Shown: positions 28,666 to 38,504 of the stretch, one piece after another
Position numbering within the stretch: position 1 is the first letter of the stretch
Layout of the letters: the number at the start of each line of letters is the position of its first letter
Assembly: GCF_017744155.1 (NCBI RefSeq)
Contig: NZ_JAGHQT010000003.1
Coordinates: 1-64,000, forward strand
Direction of reading: 5' to 3'
Length of the DNA stretch: 64,000 nt
DNA from: Endozoicomonas sp. G2_1
GTDB taxonomy: Bacteria; Pseudomonadota; Gammaproteobacteria; Enterobacterales; Alteromonadaceae
The notes under the pieces: generated by a model
Database searches by the model: none
Seen by the model: the letters and a program-made list of their open reading frames with translations, nothing else
What the model was told of the DNA's origin: nothing
Translations under genes and position numbers: made by a program

Positions 28666-29928
28666 TTACTCAAACGAACCATAGCGATAAAGCTCTTTGC
28701 CTTTTTCGCCAATGATCAACAAGCGATGCGCTTCGCTAAACCAAGGCCATTCCAGCTTATTCATCTGGTCAGTAATAACTTCGTCACTAACGGCAAACTT
28801 GCGATGTCGGTTGTTTGTTCGCAAGGCTTTTTCACTTTGTTGAAAAACAACCATAGTGATTAGCGCGTTGTAGCTTGTGCCTAAATCGCAAATGATTTTT
28901 CTAAAGTCTTTGCGAATATTGGTGGCGTCCCAAACTACATCACGCTTTTGTGCTAGTGCTTGCTTAAGCCTTGTTTTAGCTTGCTGCAATACTTGTCCTC
29001 GATTTTTTTGGCTCAAGCGTTTGCCATTAATTTCACGCCTTATTTCATCGAGCGAAATGACGTCAAAATTACTTAGGTTTTGCTCAATCCAAGTCGATTT
29101 TCCACTGCCACTTATGCCACACATAACGTATAAGTGACTGTATTGTTGGCACGCTTGGTAATGTTTAGCTATTGCTTCTTCAGCTGTGCTAATGTCTCCA
29201 CTGGCAAGTTGAGTGGTTGCATAGCTATTTAAAAACACTTGCTCAGCGGTGTTTTTCTTTACCTGGATTTGTGCCAAGTGAGCTAATGCTGGAGTAGCCA
29301 TTTGCCAGAGCTGATACTCTTCAGCATATAGCCGAAACTGTTCTAAAAAGTCGAGTTGTACTGATAAATCAGGACAAATTCGTCCCTTCATATCTGCAAT
29401 TTCGAGCCAGTAAAGCAGGGCTAAATCAACGTTTAACGACAACTTAAAGTAGTCTTTAAAGTCGCTATTTCTCAATACCAGTAATTTAGGCATTTGATGA
29501 AAACCAACCAAGCCCATAATAGTTAAAACACTTTGTTGATCAAGCGGTAAAGAAATTAAGCGAGTCGCTAAATAGCTAGTGCCAATCTGCTCGTGTTTGG
29601 GAGCAACTAGACGTATTTTTCCCGCAATTTCCTTGCGCCGAGTTGTTAACGGCTTTGCAATATCGTGGAGCAATGCCGCTAGTATCAAGCTTTGGCGAGC
29701 AACTCCCCGAATGTGTTTGGCCTCTGACTCTAGCTGGGTGTAAAGTGCTTGCAAGACCATCTCTGTGTGAATAGCAACATTACCTTCTGCATGCCAATCC
29801 GAGTCTTGTTCGGTATTCTCGAACTGGTGCAGCAAAGGGAAATATTGCCCTAAGTAGTCAACACATTCTGCAAAGTTGGGCGTATGGTTCTCTGCCAAGC
29901 TTTGTAGCCAAGTAGTTAGTTTGTTCAT
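28666..29928 (-). CDS. HD-Pnk bifunctional RNA end-healing enzyme (N-terminal HD 2',3'-phosphoesterase plus C-terminal P-loop 5'-OH polynucleotide kinase)
   Basis: N-terminal H…HD (LHDIAKP); C-terminal Walker A GISGSGKST and kinase-like DEIRRE. Confidence 0.65.
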   Translation of the reverse strand: MNKLTTWLQSLAENHTPNFAECVDYLGQYFPLLHQFENTEQDSDWHAEGNVAIHTEMVLQALYTQLESEAKHIRGVARQSLILAALLHDIAKPLTTRRKEIAGKIRLVAPKHEQIGTSYLATRLISLPLDQQSVLTIMGLVGFHQMPKLLVLRNSDFKDYFKLSLNVDLALLYWLEIADMKGRICPDLSVQLDFLEQFRLYAEEYQLWQMATPALAHLAQIQVKKNTAEQVFLNSYATTQLASGDISTAEEAIAKHYQACQQYSHLYVMCGISGSGKSTWIEQNLSNFDVISLDEIRREINGKRLSQKNRGQVLQQAKTRLKQALAQKRDVVWDATNIRKDFRKIICDLGTSYNALITMVVFQQSEKALRTNNRHRKFAVSDEVITDQMNKLEWPWFSEAHRLLIIGEKGKELYRYGSFE

Positions 29929-29937
29929 GGTAACCTC

Positions 29938-30567
29938 CTAGTTATCAGCGCCTTTTAAACCGTTGGCAATAACCTCAGCGTGCATCCAGTGTTTGTTGGT
30001 GCTGACGTGGTTGGGACGAACCCATTTGGCCACCGATTGAGCAAATTGATCAAAATGAAAACTGTCGGCAAGTCTAACCACGTAACCTTCTTGCTTGCTT
30101 TGATCTAGCGTGAGTTCGCGTATCGTTTTTTCACACCACAAACCAGTATAAAGTTCTTTTGGTGGTTCTAGCCCCAACTTAGCAAACAGCGTTTTACTGG
30201 CTTGCCAATCCAAACACATGTTGTTTTCATTCCATGCTGAAAAAGCGACAAAATAGCTCGGTAGATTGTCATAGGCGATAGAATGCTGTGCATAAAGGTT
30301 CTCACCGCAAATGCGCCAGCCTGCTGGAATGTTATAGCCAATACGAGCTTGCAGTGCTTTAACCCAAGTGCGAGATGGGTGAAAGCGACTGTCGATGGAT
30401 CGCGCGTGAATAAAGTCGGAATAAAGCGTTGTATTTTCGCCATCCATTTTTTCAGTAACGACAACCTTTTTGCCTTCAAAAGGGCTGGCATTGCCTTGGT
30501 GTATGTCGTCTGACGTAGCTCCTGGTGACCAAGGCAAATGTGGGGTACGCGGGTATTTAACTCTCAT
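29938..30567 (-). CDS. Rnl2-like ATP-dependent RNA ligase (adenylyltransferase domain); start likely M at 30567 (track ORF opens at 30681)
   Basis: N-terminus KYPRTPHL resembles T4 Rnl2 KYSSLENH; motif I KMDGEN (KxDGxN type); GGAG RBS before 30567. Confidence 0.65.
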   Translation of the reverse strand: MRVKYPRTPHLPWSPGATSDDIHQGNASPFEGKKVVVTEKMDGENTTLYSDFIHARSIDSRFHPSRTWVKALQARIGYNIPAGWRICGENLYAQHSIAYDNLPSYFVAFSAWNENNMCLDWQASKTLFAKLGLEPPKELYTGLWCEKTIRELTLDQSKQEGYVVRLADSFHFDQFAQSVAKWVRPNHVSTNKHWMHAEVIANGLKGADN

Positions 30568-30758
30568 TTTTGTAACTCCAATTGTAACGACTATTTTTAC
30601 AGCGGGTATGTTCTGCAATGCAGATAATTCGGCGCTGTAAATTTGCGGTGCAACAACACGCTTTGCCAGCGCTGCTGACAAAGTTAGTGTGTGCGGTATT
30701 AATCGCGGAATTACATTGTTCTATCCTCACTTTAGTTATGCCTATCGCAACTACCTAG

Positions 30759-31106
30759 TTACTGTGAGCATGTATTAATCTTCAAACTACCACTGACTGA
30801 TTGAGTAATAAGCTCAACTAGTTCTGGATCCATGTACTGGTACTCGTCGGGAATATCGAGTACCTGAATATTTGTATGATGTAACAGTCGAGTAAATTGC
30901 GCCTTTAATCGACATTTGTGTTTATTTTCCATCACAAAAATAATATCTGCCCATTGTATGTCGCTGGCATTTACCGTTCGTTTTGCTTTTGGGCTAGTAC
31001 CTGCTGAGCGTACGGCAAGAGCAGGGTAGTTTTTCCAGACCTGCTCTGCTGTTGGGCTGCGCCATTTATTGCGACTACAAATAAATAAAACGCGTTGTTT
31101 ACTCAT
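30759..31106 (-). CDS. Low-molecular-weight phosphatase-like protein (LMW-PTP/ArsC fold)
   Basis: P-loop CSRNKWRS (Cx5R-S) and downstream DIPD(EY) general-acid-like motif. Confidence 0.5.
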   Translation of the reverse strand: MSKQRVLFICSRNKWRSPTAEQVWKNYPALAVRSAGTSPKAKRTVNASDIQWADIIFVMENKHKCRLKAQFTRLLHHTNIQVLDIPDEYQYMDPELVELITQSVSGSLKINTCSQ

Positions 31107-31686
31107 TACCAGTATTTTTCTCCATGTCTAAGACTATGCTATGGCAAGGTAGGTTACAGCCATCGTCAAATTCAGCGGCAGCATGAACACCTGTTTCAGC
31201 GATTTGTTGTGCCGTTGCTCCAGACTCATAAAGAGCATGCATAGCACCCAATGCAAAACGTCTGCCTGAGCCGAGCGCCCAAAACTGCTCATACTGATGT
31301 ACTTCGCGATAACTACCAAATTGAAAAATGCCAGAGGAATTAATGATCAAGCCGTCGAGTTGGTTTGACTCAACCGGCTGGTCACTGTCTTCATTGGTTT
31401 CAATAAAATATTCATTTTTCAACTTGTCTTGAATCGCCAATAAGGTTTCGAATATTTGCCACCTCGTTTTTAGGTTAAATAGTTTCGGCTCCGTTTCTAT
31501 TAAGTGCTCGAGGATTTGACTGGTTGCCGACCAGCCAGTCATGCCTATAACACTGTCTTGTACCGGAAAAAGTTTTTTGCGATCGTTAACGTATTTTGCG
31601 TGTACTTTTAACGAGCCAAAATTTAATTGCGTGTCGGCAGAGATACATACTTTGCCATCTTTTATTGCTGCTGTAATAACAGTCAT
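31099..31686 (-). CDS. HslV-like Ntn-hydrolase (proteasome beta-type) without HslU
   Basis: N-terminal Thr after Met (MTVITAAIKDGKVCISADTQ vs HslV TTIVSVRRNGHVVIAGDGQ); GSG motif; 8-bp overlap with downstream phosphatase gene. Confidence 0.5.
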   Translation of the reverse strand: MTVITAAIKDGKVCISADTQLNFGSLKVHAKYVNDRKKLFPVQDSVIGMTGWSATSQILEHLIETEPKLFNLKTRWQIFETLLAIQDKLKNEYFIETNEDSDQPVESNQLDGLIINSSGIFQFGSYREVHQYEQFWALGSGRRFALGAMHALYESGATAQQIAETGVHAAAEFDDGCNLPCHSIVLDMEKNTGNE

Positions 31687-31846
31687 TATATTCTCCTTGA
31701 GTAGCTGTATTATTGTGGTTAGTAGCTACTCTTTTGTTGATTTCTAATGTAGTTTTTCATTTTGCTCTCCACTAGAATTGAATCTAGAAGAGAGCACCTT
31801 TTAGTTGTGAAATTAACATTGTTACTCTCCTTAAATTGGTTATGTA

Positions 31847-32473
31847 CTATTGACTTAACACGAACTTTTCACCTTTAAATATTTTTACTGGATTACCTCG
31901 TTGCAATTGCCAATGTTGTTGCCAGCGCGCTTGTTCTTGTTGACTCATTTTTTGCTGCTGAGCCATTTGCAGTTTTTGAAACAGCAACGCTTTTGCTAAA
32001 CGCTTGTTGGCGTGTTGGCTGCGTTCACTTTCAACGCGCACTGAAACTCCTGAACTAGTGTGAGTGGCTCGCACAGCCGAGTCTGTTGTGTTGACATGTT
32101 GCCCGCCAGCACCAGATGATCGACAAGTTTGGTAAACAATCTCGCGATCAAATGTCATTTCGTCTACTTGGTATACTTGGCCGCTAAAAAACCAGTTTTT
32201 GCGTTTGTGTTGTGGGCGGTATTTACTTTGGCAAACCCAAAGCATTGCTCCTTGCCACGTTTGTGCAAACGCTAAAGCTGTTGCTTTTTGATTGCTTTCT
32301 ATCTGCAGTAAGGCCGACTTAAAACCTAACTTGTTTTCACCCTGACTCGCGTCAATTACCGTGCAATTTAGATCGCTCGTTTTACATTGCTTTTCAATGG
32401 CTTTAACGGCGAGTGCAACCGCTTGGCAGCACTCAACTGGCCCTTGGCCGGCGGAAAATTGAAGTAAAATCAT
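31847..32473 (-). CDS. prfH: Peptide chain release factor homolog PrfH
   Basis: GGQ motif [17 protein letters not shown]; N-terminus [16 protein letters not shown] like E. coli PrfH; 4-bp overlap with upstream rtcB2. Confidence 0.8.
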   Translation of the reverse strand: MILLQFSAGQGPVECCQAVALAVKAIEKQCKTSDLNCTVIDASQGENKLGFKSALLQIESNQKATALAFAQTWQGAMLWVCQSKYRPQHKRKNWFFSGQVYQVDEMTFDREIVYQTCRSSGAGGQHVNTTDSAVRATHTSSGVSVRVESERSQHANKRLAKALLFQKLQMAQQQKMSQQEQARWQQHWQLQRGNPVKIFKGEKFVLSQ

Positions 32474-33657
32474 TTGCTACAACTCCCGTTAGTTTTAAAT
32501 GTGAGTACCGGGCGCAACCTCGCGATAATCTCGATTAAACCTGCCGCTGCCATATCTAAAATAATACTTTCACATTTTTTGTAGGCTTGCGGCGCCTCGT
32601 CGTATAACAATTCTTTGTTGCCACAAACGACTCGGCTACCCAATGCTGTTCGGTATAAGTCTTCGCGTTTGTACTTGTGACTTAATCGGCTTTGGCAGTC
32701 GCCGCGCTTCCACTTTCGGCCCGCACCATGAGCAAGAGAACACAAGTTGTGGTTTAGCTCCTGCTGCTGGTTTAATAGCGGTTTCACCAAATAGCTGTAA
32801 TCACCGCGTGAACCCGGAATCACAACATAACCAGCGTCGCTAGGCGTCGCCCCTTTGCGGTGAAGCCAGCCTTTAACACCATCGATTGTTTTGGGTGAAA
32901 CGAGGTTGTGGTTAACATCAAGTACGCAATCACCTTGTGCTTTTATCGCTGCTAAAAAGCGCTTGGCTATAAGTGAACGGTTAAGCTCAGCCCAGCGCAC
33001 CGCATGGTTGTGCTCAGCAATATACTGATTAAATGGCTCACTATTTGTCGCCAAACCATCATGGTTAAATTCACTAATGTGCTTAACCAAAATCGACTGC
33101 CCTAAACCGCGAGATCCCGAGTGCACTAAAAGCTGCAACTGCTTCTTGTTTATGCCCAGTTGATCTAATTGGCTTTGGTCGTAAACTTGGTCAATCGCCT
33201 GAAACTCTGCAAAGTGGTTACCACCACCTATAGTGCCAAGCGCATGATCATAATTGCTGTTAGTAATATTTTTCTCGCGTTTGCCTTGAGCAATGTCATC
33301 AGCCCAGTTGTCGTCAAGTGGCTGTTCAATCGTTTTGAATTGTTTAGCCATTTTGTCTAGATTGACTTTGGCAACTTTGCTCGATGTTTGCCACAACGCC
33401 ATGCCACAACCAATGTCATTACCGACTAAGGCCGGATAAATTTTACTGCGCGTGAAAAATGCCGCACCAATCGGATAACCTCGGCCCGGATGCAAATCAG
33501 GCATACCCGCGACGCGTTCCATACCGGTTAATTCGGCTGTTTTAATTAATTGTTGTATTGCTAGCCCTTCAATCCACGTATTTTTTGAGGCAATAAGGCT
33601 AACTTTGTCAGTAATTTGTTGGACGGATTTGTCCATAACACCAATTCCTTTGTTCAT
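32470..33657 (-). CDS. rtcB2: RtcB-family RNA ligase paralog (RtcB2) paired with PrfH
   Basis: 395 aa with RtcB metal-site motifs (HPGRGYP, GCGM, GGGNHF, HSGSRG, HNH, AHGAGR). Confidence 0.8.
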   Translation of the reverse strand: MNKGIGVMDKSVQQITDKVSLIASKNTWIEGLAIQQLIKTAELTGMERVAGMPDLHPGRGYPIGAAFFTRSKIYPALVGNDIGCGMALWQTSSKVAKVNLDKMAKQFKTIEQPLDDNWADDIAQGKREKNITNSNYDHALGTIGGGNHFAEFQAIDQVYDQSQLDQLGINKKQLQLLVHSGSRGLGQSILVKHISEFNHDGLATNSEPFNQYIAEHNHAVRWAELNRSLIAKRFLAAIKAQGDCVLDVNHNLVSPKTIDGVKGWLHRKGATPSDAGYVVIPGSRGDYSYLVKPLLNQQQELNHNLCSLAHGAGRKWKRGDCQSRLSHKYKREDLYRTALGSRVVCGNKELLYDEAPQAYKKCESIILDMAAAGLIEIIARLRPVLTFKTNGSCSK

Positions 33658-34039
33658 TTGAAAATTTGGTTTTTTAAAACGAATACGGTTTGGCAGATCT
33701 TTTTAGCGTTGAACAAAAACCATAGGCAAACAAACAGGCTCTAGCGACGAAGTGCTAAAGTGAGTTGCTTTAGTTCAGCTTAAAAAGAATTACAGAATGT
33801 TGGCGTAGCTTGTTGCTAGCTAAAAAGATCTGCAAAGGGTAATAATGTATTTTTCATGTTTTTTACTCCTCTACAGTTAGTTGAAAAATGATAGTTGCTC
33901 ACTAAATAAGCGAGCGCATAATAATCAGTTTAATTTGTGAAAGCAAACTTAAAATTAATAAATTGCTAAAATTTCCTATATTTCGACTCATTTTCACCGC
34001 AAAAAAAGTGAACCATATTGGCATTCATTGCGGTGTCTG

Positions 34040-34681
34040 TTACATACACAGATTATTCTGAATTTCTTTTGAGACCGAAAACACTCGCTCTTTCGGCGTC
34101 AGTAATTTTGTTAAATCACCAGCTTCGACAAATTTTCTTTGCTCGGCAACAAAGGGTGAAATATCTTCAATGCGAAAAATGCCATCACCTTTAAACGGCG
34201 CTAAATAGTTGTTTCTCAAGCCTAGCTGAATTGCCTTGCGGTCGAGCTTTTCACCATAGGGGTTATGATCGGGATCCCACTGAAGGCGGACATCAGTAGT
34301 GGCTATTTTTTCTTTCCACTCTTGTTGTGCTAAGCCAAATACGTTAGTTGACGGAAAAGCATTTTGTAGTAAATATTCGAAATATTCAGGTTTGAGAAAT
34401 ATGGCTAATGTGGTCTCTTGACCTTCTTTGGTGCCCCAGCCTGATCGATACATCATCCAGAGAAAGTTGGGTTTAATCCAGCTCATTCTCGAATAACTGA
34501 AGTCACCGCCAAAGTACTGTTGTTTTGCTGCAAAGTTGCCAATACTAGGGCGATAAGCTTGGTAAACTATTACGTAATCTTGGCAACTTTGAGCCATGAT
34601 ATGTTTGCCACTATCCGGCCAAAATGCTTGCTGTTGGTAGTATGGCTCAACCTCAAGCCACGACTCTTGATCAATTTTCAA
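34040..34681 (-). CDS. DUF4291-like protein
   Basis: Family recalled from memory; co-oriented downstream of kptA and NADAR. Confidence 0.35.
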   Translation of the reverse strand: MKIDQESWLEVEPYYQQQAFWPDSGKHIMAQSCQDYVIVYQAYRPSIGNFAAKQQYFGGDFSYSRMSWIKPNFLWMMYRSGWGTKEGQETTLAIFLKPEYFEYLLQNAFPSTNVFGLAQQEWKEKIATTDVRLQWDPDHNPYGEKLDRKAIQLGLRNNYLAPFKGDGIFRIEDISPFVAEQRKFVEAGDLTKLLTPKERVFSVSKEIQNNLCM

Positions 34682-34713
34682 TGTATTATTCCTTTGTTGT
34701 GTTTCTGTTTTGG

Positions 34714-35280
34714 TTAGCTAATGTGCCAGTGAATAAATTCAGTTGGTACATTGTCAACGAGCCAAACATTGTTTGCTGAGCGATAAAAGATAAAACCTTG
34801 CTCATGCATTTTTTTGCTATCGATTTCGAGCACTTTAAGTTTTCCATATCGACTGCCAACCGACGCCGCCACCGTTTTTGATTCGGTAAGGTGAACATGG
34901 TGTCTGTTTCCTTTACTGAGTCCTTGTTCCTGAATACTTGCGCAGAAGCGTTCAGCGGTTCCGTGTAACAGTTTCTCAGGTGGTATAAGTGGTGTTAATG
35001 CCAGATCAACATCGATAGAGTGACCTTGGTTCGCTCTGATTTTTGTTCTGTTTGAGTTTATTGCAAAACGCTGTTTGTCATTCGTTTCAGCGACTAAATC
35101 AACAAGTTCAGCTGTCAGTGGATGTTCAGTAGTTTTATCGACAAGCTCATCGATTGAGGCCCAGCCACAGCTGTCTAGCTTTAAACCAATAGCATCGGGT
35201 TTGTGTCGTAAAACAAAGCTCAAATATTTGGATATTGCGGTGAGCTGCTTTTCTGTGATGCCTACTATTGGGTTAGTCAT
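34714..35280 (-). CDS. kptA: RNA 2'-phosphotransferase KptA/Tpt1
   Basis: LSFVLRHKPDAIGLKLDSCGWASIDELV … HGT … RHHVHL motifs. Confidence 0.8.
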   Translation of the reverse strand: MTNPIVGITEKQLTAISKYLSFVLRHKPDAIGLKLDSCGWASIDELVDKTTEHPLTAELVDLVAETNDKQRFAINSNRTKIRANQGHSIDVDLALTPLIPPEKLLHGTAERFCASIQEQGLSKGNRHHVHLTESKTVAASVGSRYGKLKVLEIDSKKMHEQGFIFYRSANNVWLVDNVPTEFIHWHIS

Positions 35281-35836
35281 TGATCAGTCGCTCTCTTACT
35301 TCCATTAAGGCATAGCCCAACAAATTCAAACCACGCCAGTGTTCAGGTTGCTCTATTTTCGGATTGTCTTGGGCCATGCCTATTCCCCATATCGAATCAA
35401 CAGGGCTCGCCTCAACGATTACTCTGTCATTGGTGTTAATAAGAAAATTGGCAAGCTCATTATGAGCCCTGAATTTAGCCAAATTGGCGTTTATCACAAT
35501 ATCAAACCTATGTTGTTGCCAAACTTGGTCATTGAAGTTGGCGACAGTTCTACCTATGGCTTTTGCTTCGCCGGGCGATTGGGCGGCAAGCACTTTGTTC
35601 GCTGATTTTTTATCATCGAATAACATGGCTTTAGCAAACATCATATAGTGCTCTGCAGTTTGAAAGTGGCAGTTATCGCTGGTAAAAGGAGCGTGATACC
35701 ACTGACTAAAACAGCTTTTGGTGACAACAGGTGCACTACTAGTCATTTTGCTTTGGTGCCCCCAGAAAAAAAGGTATTTAACCGCAACACCATTTGCAAG
35801 TGCTTGCAGCAATTCTTGATTATTTCTTATATTCAT
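35273..35836 (-). CDS. NADAR (YbiA-like, DUF1768) domain protein
   Basis: FFWGH…FSQWY…AEHYMMFAKA…WGIG…LG.ALMEVR pattern; 8-bp overlap with kptA. Confidence 0.7.
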   Translation of the reverse strand: MNIRNNQELLQALANGVAVKYLFFWGHQSKMTSSAPVVTKSCFSQWYHAPFTSDNCHFQTAEHYMMFAKAMLFDDKKSANKVLAAQSPGEAKAIGRTVANFNDQVWQQHRFDIVINANLAKFRAHNELANFLINTNDRVIVEASPVDSIWGIGMAQDNPKIEQPEHWRGLNLLGYALMEVRERLIND

Positions 35837-35872
35837 TTTGTTTTATCTCTCAATCCTTGCGCGCTAATCGCT

Positions 35873-37468
35873 TTATATTTGTTCATTGATTAGCGCTCTA
35901 ATCTCAGCTAGTGTTGTTTCTTTTATCAATTTGCCATCTTGAAAAACAATGTCGAGTAGACCTTCTTTTTCTTCTTGCTCGCTTACGTTGTCGAACAAGG
36001 TGAGCTCACCGTTGACGTTATCGACCTTTAACAACCCTTTGGCTGATTTTTTCTTGGTGTCAGTTTTGGGATCTTTAAAAATAGCGACTCGTTCGCCATT
36101 TTTTACCACGCTAGTTGCTTTAACCGCTGAGCCATGAGTATCGCGAGTAACGTATTGATAGCTGTACGAACCTATGCCAAGTACAACTTTAGAGGCAAAA
36201 CCTTTGTCCATCAGTCTTTGTAGTATTTGGCGTTGGCGTTCTAGGGTGATAGCGTCACCGTAAATAGCACCAATGTGTTCGTCTAGCAATTTAAAGCCTT
36301 TGTCGGTTGTCGTACCGCCAAAAATGTCCCATAAACACTCTATCAACCCTTTTATTTCACATAGCATTAGTGGCTTGTTGCTTTGCTCATTGCTAGCGAA
36401 GTATTCGCCGCACCAACGGTAAGCTTCGTAGCCACTACTAACTGCGTCGAGCTGAGCTTGTTTTTGGTCTGTGAACAGTTCACTGTATTCGGATACTGGT
36501 GATAATTTATATCCGGTTAGTATTTTGACGGGATCGCCTGAATCAGGACGAATCACCAAAGTACCATCGCGAGTCAGTATTTCATTTTTAAGTTGTGGTA
36601 AATATTCGGTCACTAGGGTCCAAAAGTCCCAAGTATCAGAAACCACACTTAAAATGCCGGTTGGTGACTGCTCTCGCATCAAGTATTTAAAAAACTCAAT
36701 TTCACCTTCTAAAATCCATGAACAAGTCACTGAGTGCTCGGTGGCATCAACTGAACAGCCAACTAACTCTTGGTCAACATTAGCGCCATAGTATTTCTCA
36801 GCGAATAATACCGCGGGAATAGTGTCGGTACCGACTAGGCCAGAGGCTAAGTGCCCAAAACCACTCATCGCAGCTGCTTGCTTGCCAAACATCCCCCGAA
36901 AACTGAAGTCATGACCTTGAAAGGGGACAAATTCCATCGGTAATCCTGTTTTTTCAGCGAACTCTTTAAATACCTTGAAATAAGCGACAGAGGTGGTTGC
37001 GCTAGTTTGGATTGGCCAATTTTCACAACTTAAAACCGTTTCGATCATGTTGGTTAGCCACTGAAAACCCGTTTTGGTATTCACTACGGTAATTGGCGGT
37101 ACTGAATAAGGTACAAGAGTACCTTCAGGCAGTGCCTTAATTTTCAGTGGTAGATATCCCAGATCGTGTAAATCTTCTAAATACTTAACATTTACTGGGT
37201 AACCTAGCATGGCACTCATAATGCGTTTGTGCTCAGCAACGGCAATAGTTTTGTCACGACTAAAAAAGTCTGCCCACTCTTCTTGTAAATAACTTTTGAT
37301 GAAGTACTGCAAACCAACAAACGCCACTTTATCGTTATTTTCAACATTACTTAGCTTGCCGTTGCGTGAGGTAAAGTTAGCATAAACCTCGGTTACGTCA
37401 GGATGGTATGCACGACTGTGAAACTCTTTATAAACATCTTTTTGCATGCTTGCTGCGGTAATTGTCAT
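35873..37468 (-). CDS. nadV: Nicotinamide phosphoribosyltransferase NadV (NAMPT); start ATG at 37468 (track ORF opens at TTG 37489)
   Basis: NAMPT-like FQGHDFSFRGM, GTDT motifs; aaggagag RBS before ATG 37468. Confidence 0.75.
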   Translation of the reverse strand: MTITAASMQKDVYKEFHSRAYHPDVTEVYANFTSRNGKLSNVENNDKVAFVGLQYFIKSYLQEEWADFFSRDKTIAVAEHKRIMSAMLGYPVNVKYLEDLHDLGYLPLKIKALPEGTLVPYSVPPITVVNTKTGFQWLTNMIETVLSCENWPIQTSATTSVAYFKVFKEFAEKTGLPMEFVPFQGHDFSFRGMFGKQAAAMSGFGHLASGLVGTDTIPAVLFAEKYYGANVDQELVGCSVDATEHSVTCSWILEGEIEFFKYLMREQSPTGILSVVSDTWDFWTLVTEYLPQLKNEILTRDGTLVIRPDSGDPVKILTGYKLSPVSEYSELFTDQKQAQLDAVSSGYEAYRWCGEYFASNEQSNKPLMLCEIKGLIECLWDIFGGTTTDKGFKLLDEHIGAIYGDAITLERQRQILQRLMDKGFASKVVLGIGSYSYQYVTRDTHGSAVKATSVVKNGERVAIFKDPKTDTKKKSAKGLLKVDNVNGELTLFDNVSEQEEKEGLLDIVFQDGKLIKETTLAEIRALINEQI

Positions 37469-37478
37469 TTTGCTCTCC

Positions 37479-38327
37479 TTACCCTTCAATAATGTTAAGT
37501 GTTACTTTTTGAGTCGTTTGAAACTCGTTGGCTGCTCTAAATGAGTCGGTGGTATATATGTGGTCGATTAAGCCTTCAAATACTTCTAAACCTTGCGAAA
37601 AAATACCGTGGGTAACAAATAGTGATATTTCGTTTGCGCCTTGGGCCTTTAATACTTTGGCTAACTCAATAAAAGTTCTGCCACCGTCACAAATATCGTC
37701 GGCTATGATTAGGTTCTTGCCCGTAACGTTACCAATAATTTCTGTTTTGACGATAGCACCTGTACGCAAGTCTCTTAGTTTCTGCGCCTGTATAACTTCG
37801 CTGCCAAATTGTTCCGCAATTTTTAACGTTTTTTTACTTGCTCCCGCATCAGGTGCAATTAGCGTTAGTTCACCGCTGCGGAGCTTAGTCGTGAGCTCTT
37901 GATTTTTTTTAAGCAACTCTAGTTGAGGGATATTAGTTACTCGGTTTAACAGTGCTGGTGTTACATCGCTGTGAGCATCCCAAATTGTTACTTTGGCAAA
38001 ATTCAGGCTATTGATTATGTTTGCCATAACTGCAGCGCTTAATGCTTCACCCGTGACACAAACACGATCTTGTCGAGCATATGGAAAATAGGGCGCGATT
38101 AATTCAATAGGAACGCTGTCATTGAATAGTCTGTTTAGTGCATCAACGGCCATCATGAGTCGAACAATTTTGCTCGAGTTGGTTAAGCGTTCAATAATTT
38201 CTATTTTTTTGCAGTTCGCCAAATCTTCGAGAGCAAAGCGAATGTGCTCTTCACCACCTGAAAAACTAAAGCTCTCATAGTTAACAATTGTTTTTTTACC
38301 TGCAGAGTTGTGACTAAATATTTTCAT
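37479..38327 (-). CDS. prs: Ribose-phosphate pyrophosphokinase (PRPP synthetase), NadV-associated type
   Basis: PRPP-binding loop NLIIADDICDGGRT; upstream of nadV in same operon. Confidence 0.75.
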   Translation of the reverse strand: MKIFSHNSAGKKTIVNYESFSFSGGEEHIRFALEDLANCKKIEIIERLTNSSKIVRLMMAVDALNRLFNDSVPIELIAPYFPYARQDRVCVTGEALSAAVMANIINSLNFAKVTIWDAHSDVTPALLNRVTNIPQLELLKKNQELTTKLRSGELTLIAPDAGASKKTLKIAEQFGSEVIQAQKLRDLRTGAIVKTEIIGNVTGKNLIIADDICDGGRTFIELAKVLKAQGANEISLFVTHGIFSQGLEVFEGLIDHIYTTDSFRAANEFQTTQKVTLNIIEG

Positions 38328-38345
38328 GATGCTCTCTTTATTGTT

Positions 38346-38504
38346 TGTGTCCCTATGACATTATTTAATTTAGCAGGGTGATAATATTTATGCAATACAA
38401 ATTTGTGTCTTTATGACACTTTCCTGTTTATTGCCATTTTTAGTGGTGTTAACAAGCTGAGCAATTGCAATTTTTCGCATATTTCTATATTGTGTCTTAT
38501 AGAC
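38346..38504. promoter_or_regulatory. Three copies of inverted repeat GTGTC-N5-GACA(C/T) (38346-38361, 38404-38419, 38489-38504) in the prs-nadV / nrtR divergent region; candidate NrtR operators
   Basis: tgtgtccctatgacat, tgtgtctttatgacac, tgtgtcttatagacat read directly. Confidence 0.45.

Noticed and set aside
30568-30681. 38-aa N-terminal extension of the RNA ligase ORF
   Set aside because: Rnl2-like proteins begin near the KY(S/P)…(N/H)L motif. A GGAG RBS precedes the internal Met at 30567, so the extension is probably untranslated.
33658-34040. Possible small ORFs or sigma-54 site (tggcagatc…) upstream of rtcB2
   Set aside because: The TGGCA-like string is on the wrong strand for the minus-strand operon, and only a 13-codon mini-ORF was found. 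Left as an unexplained leader.
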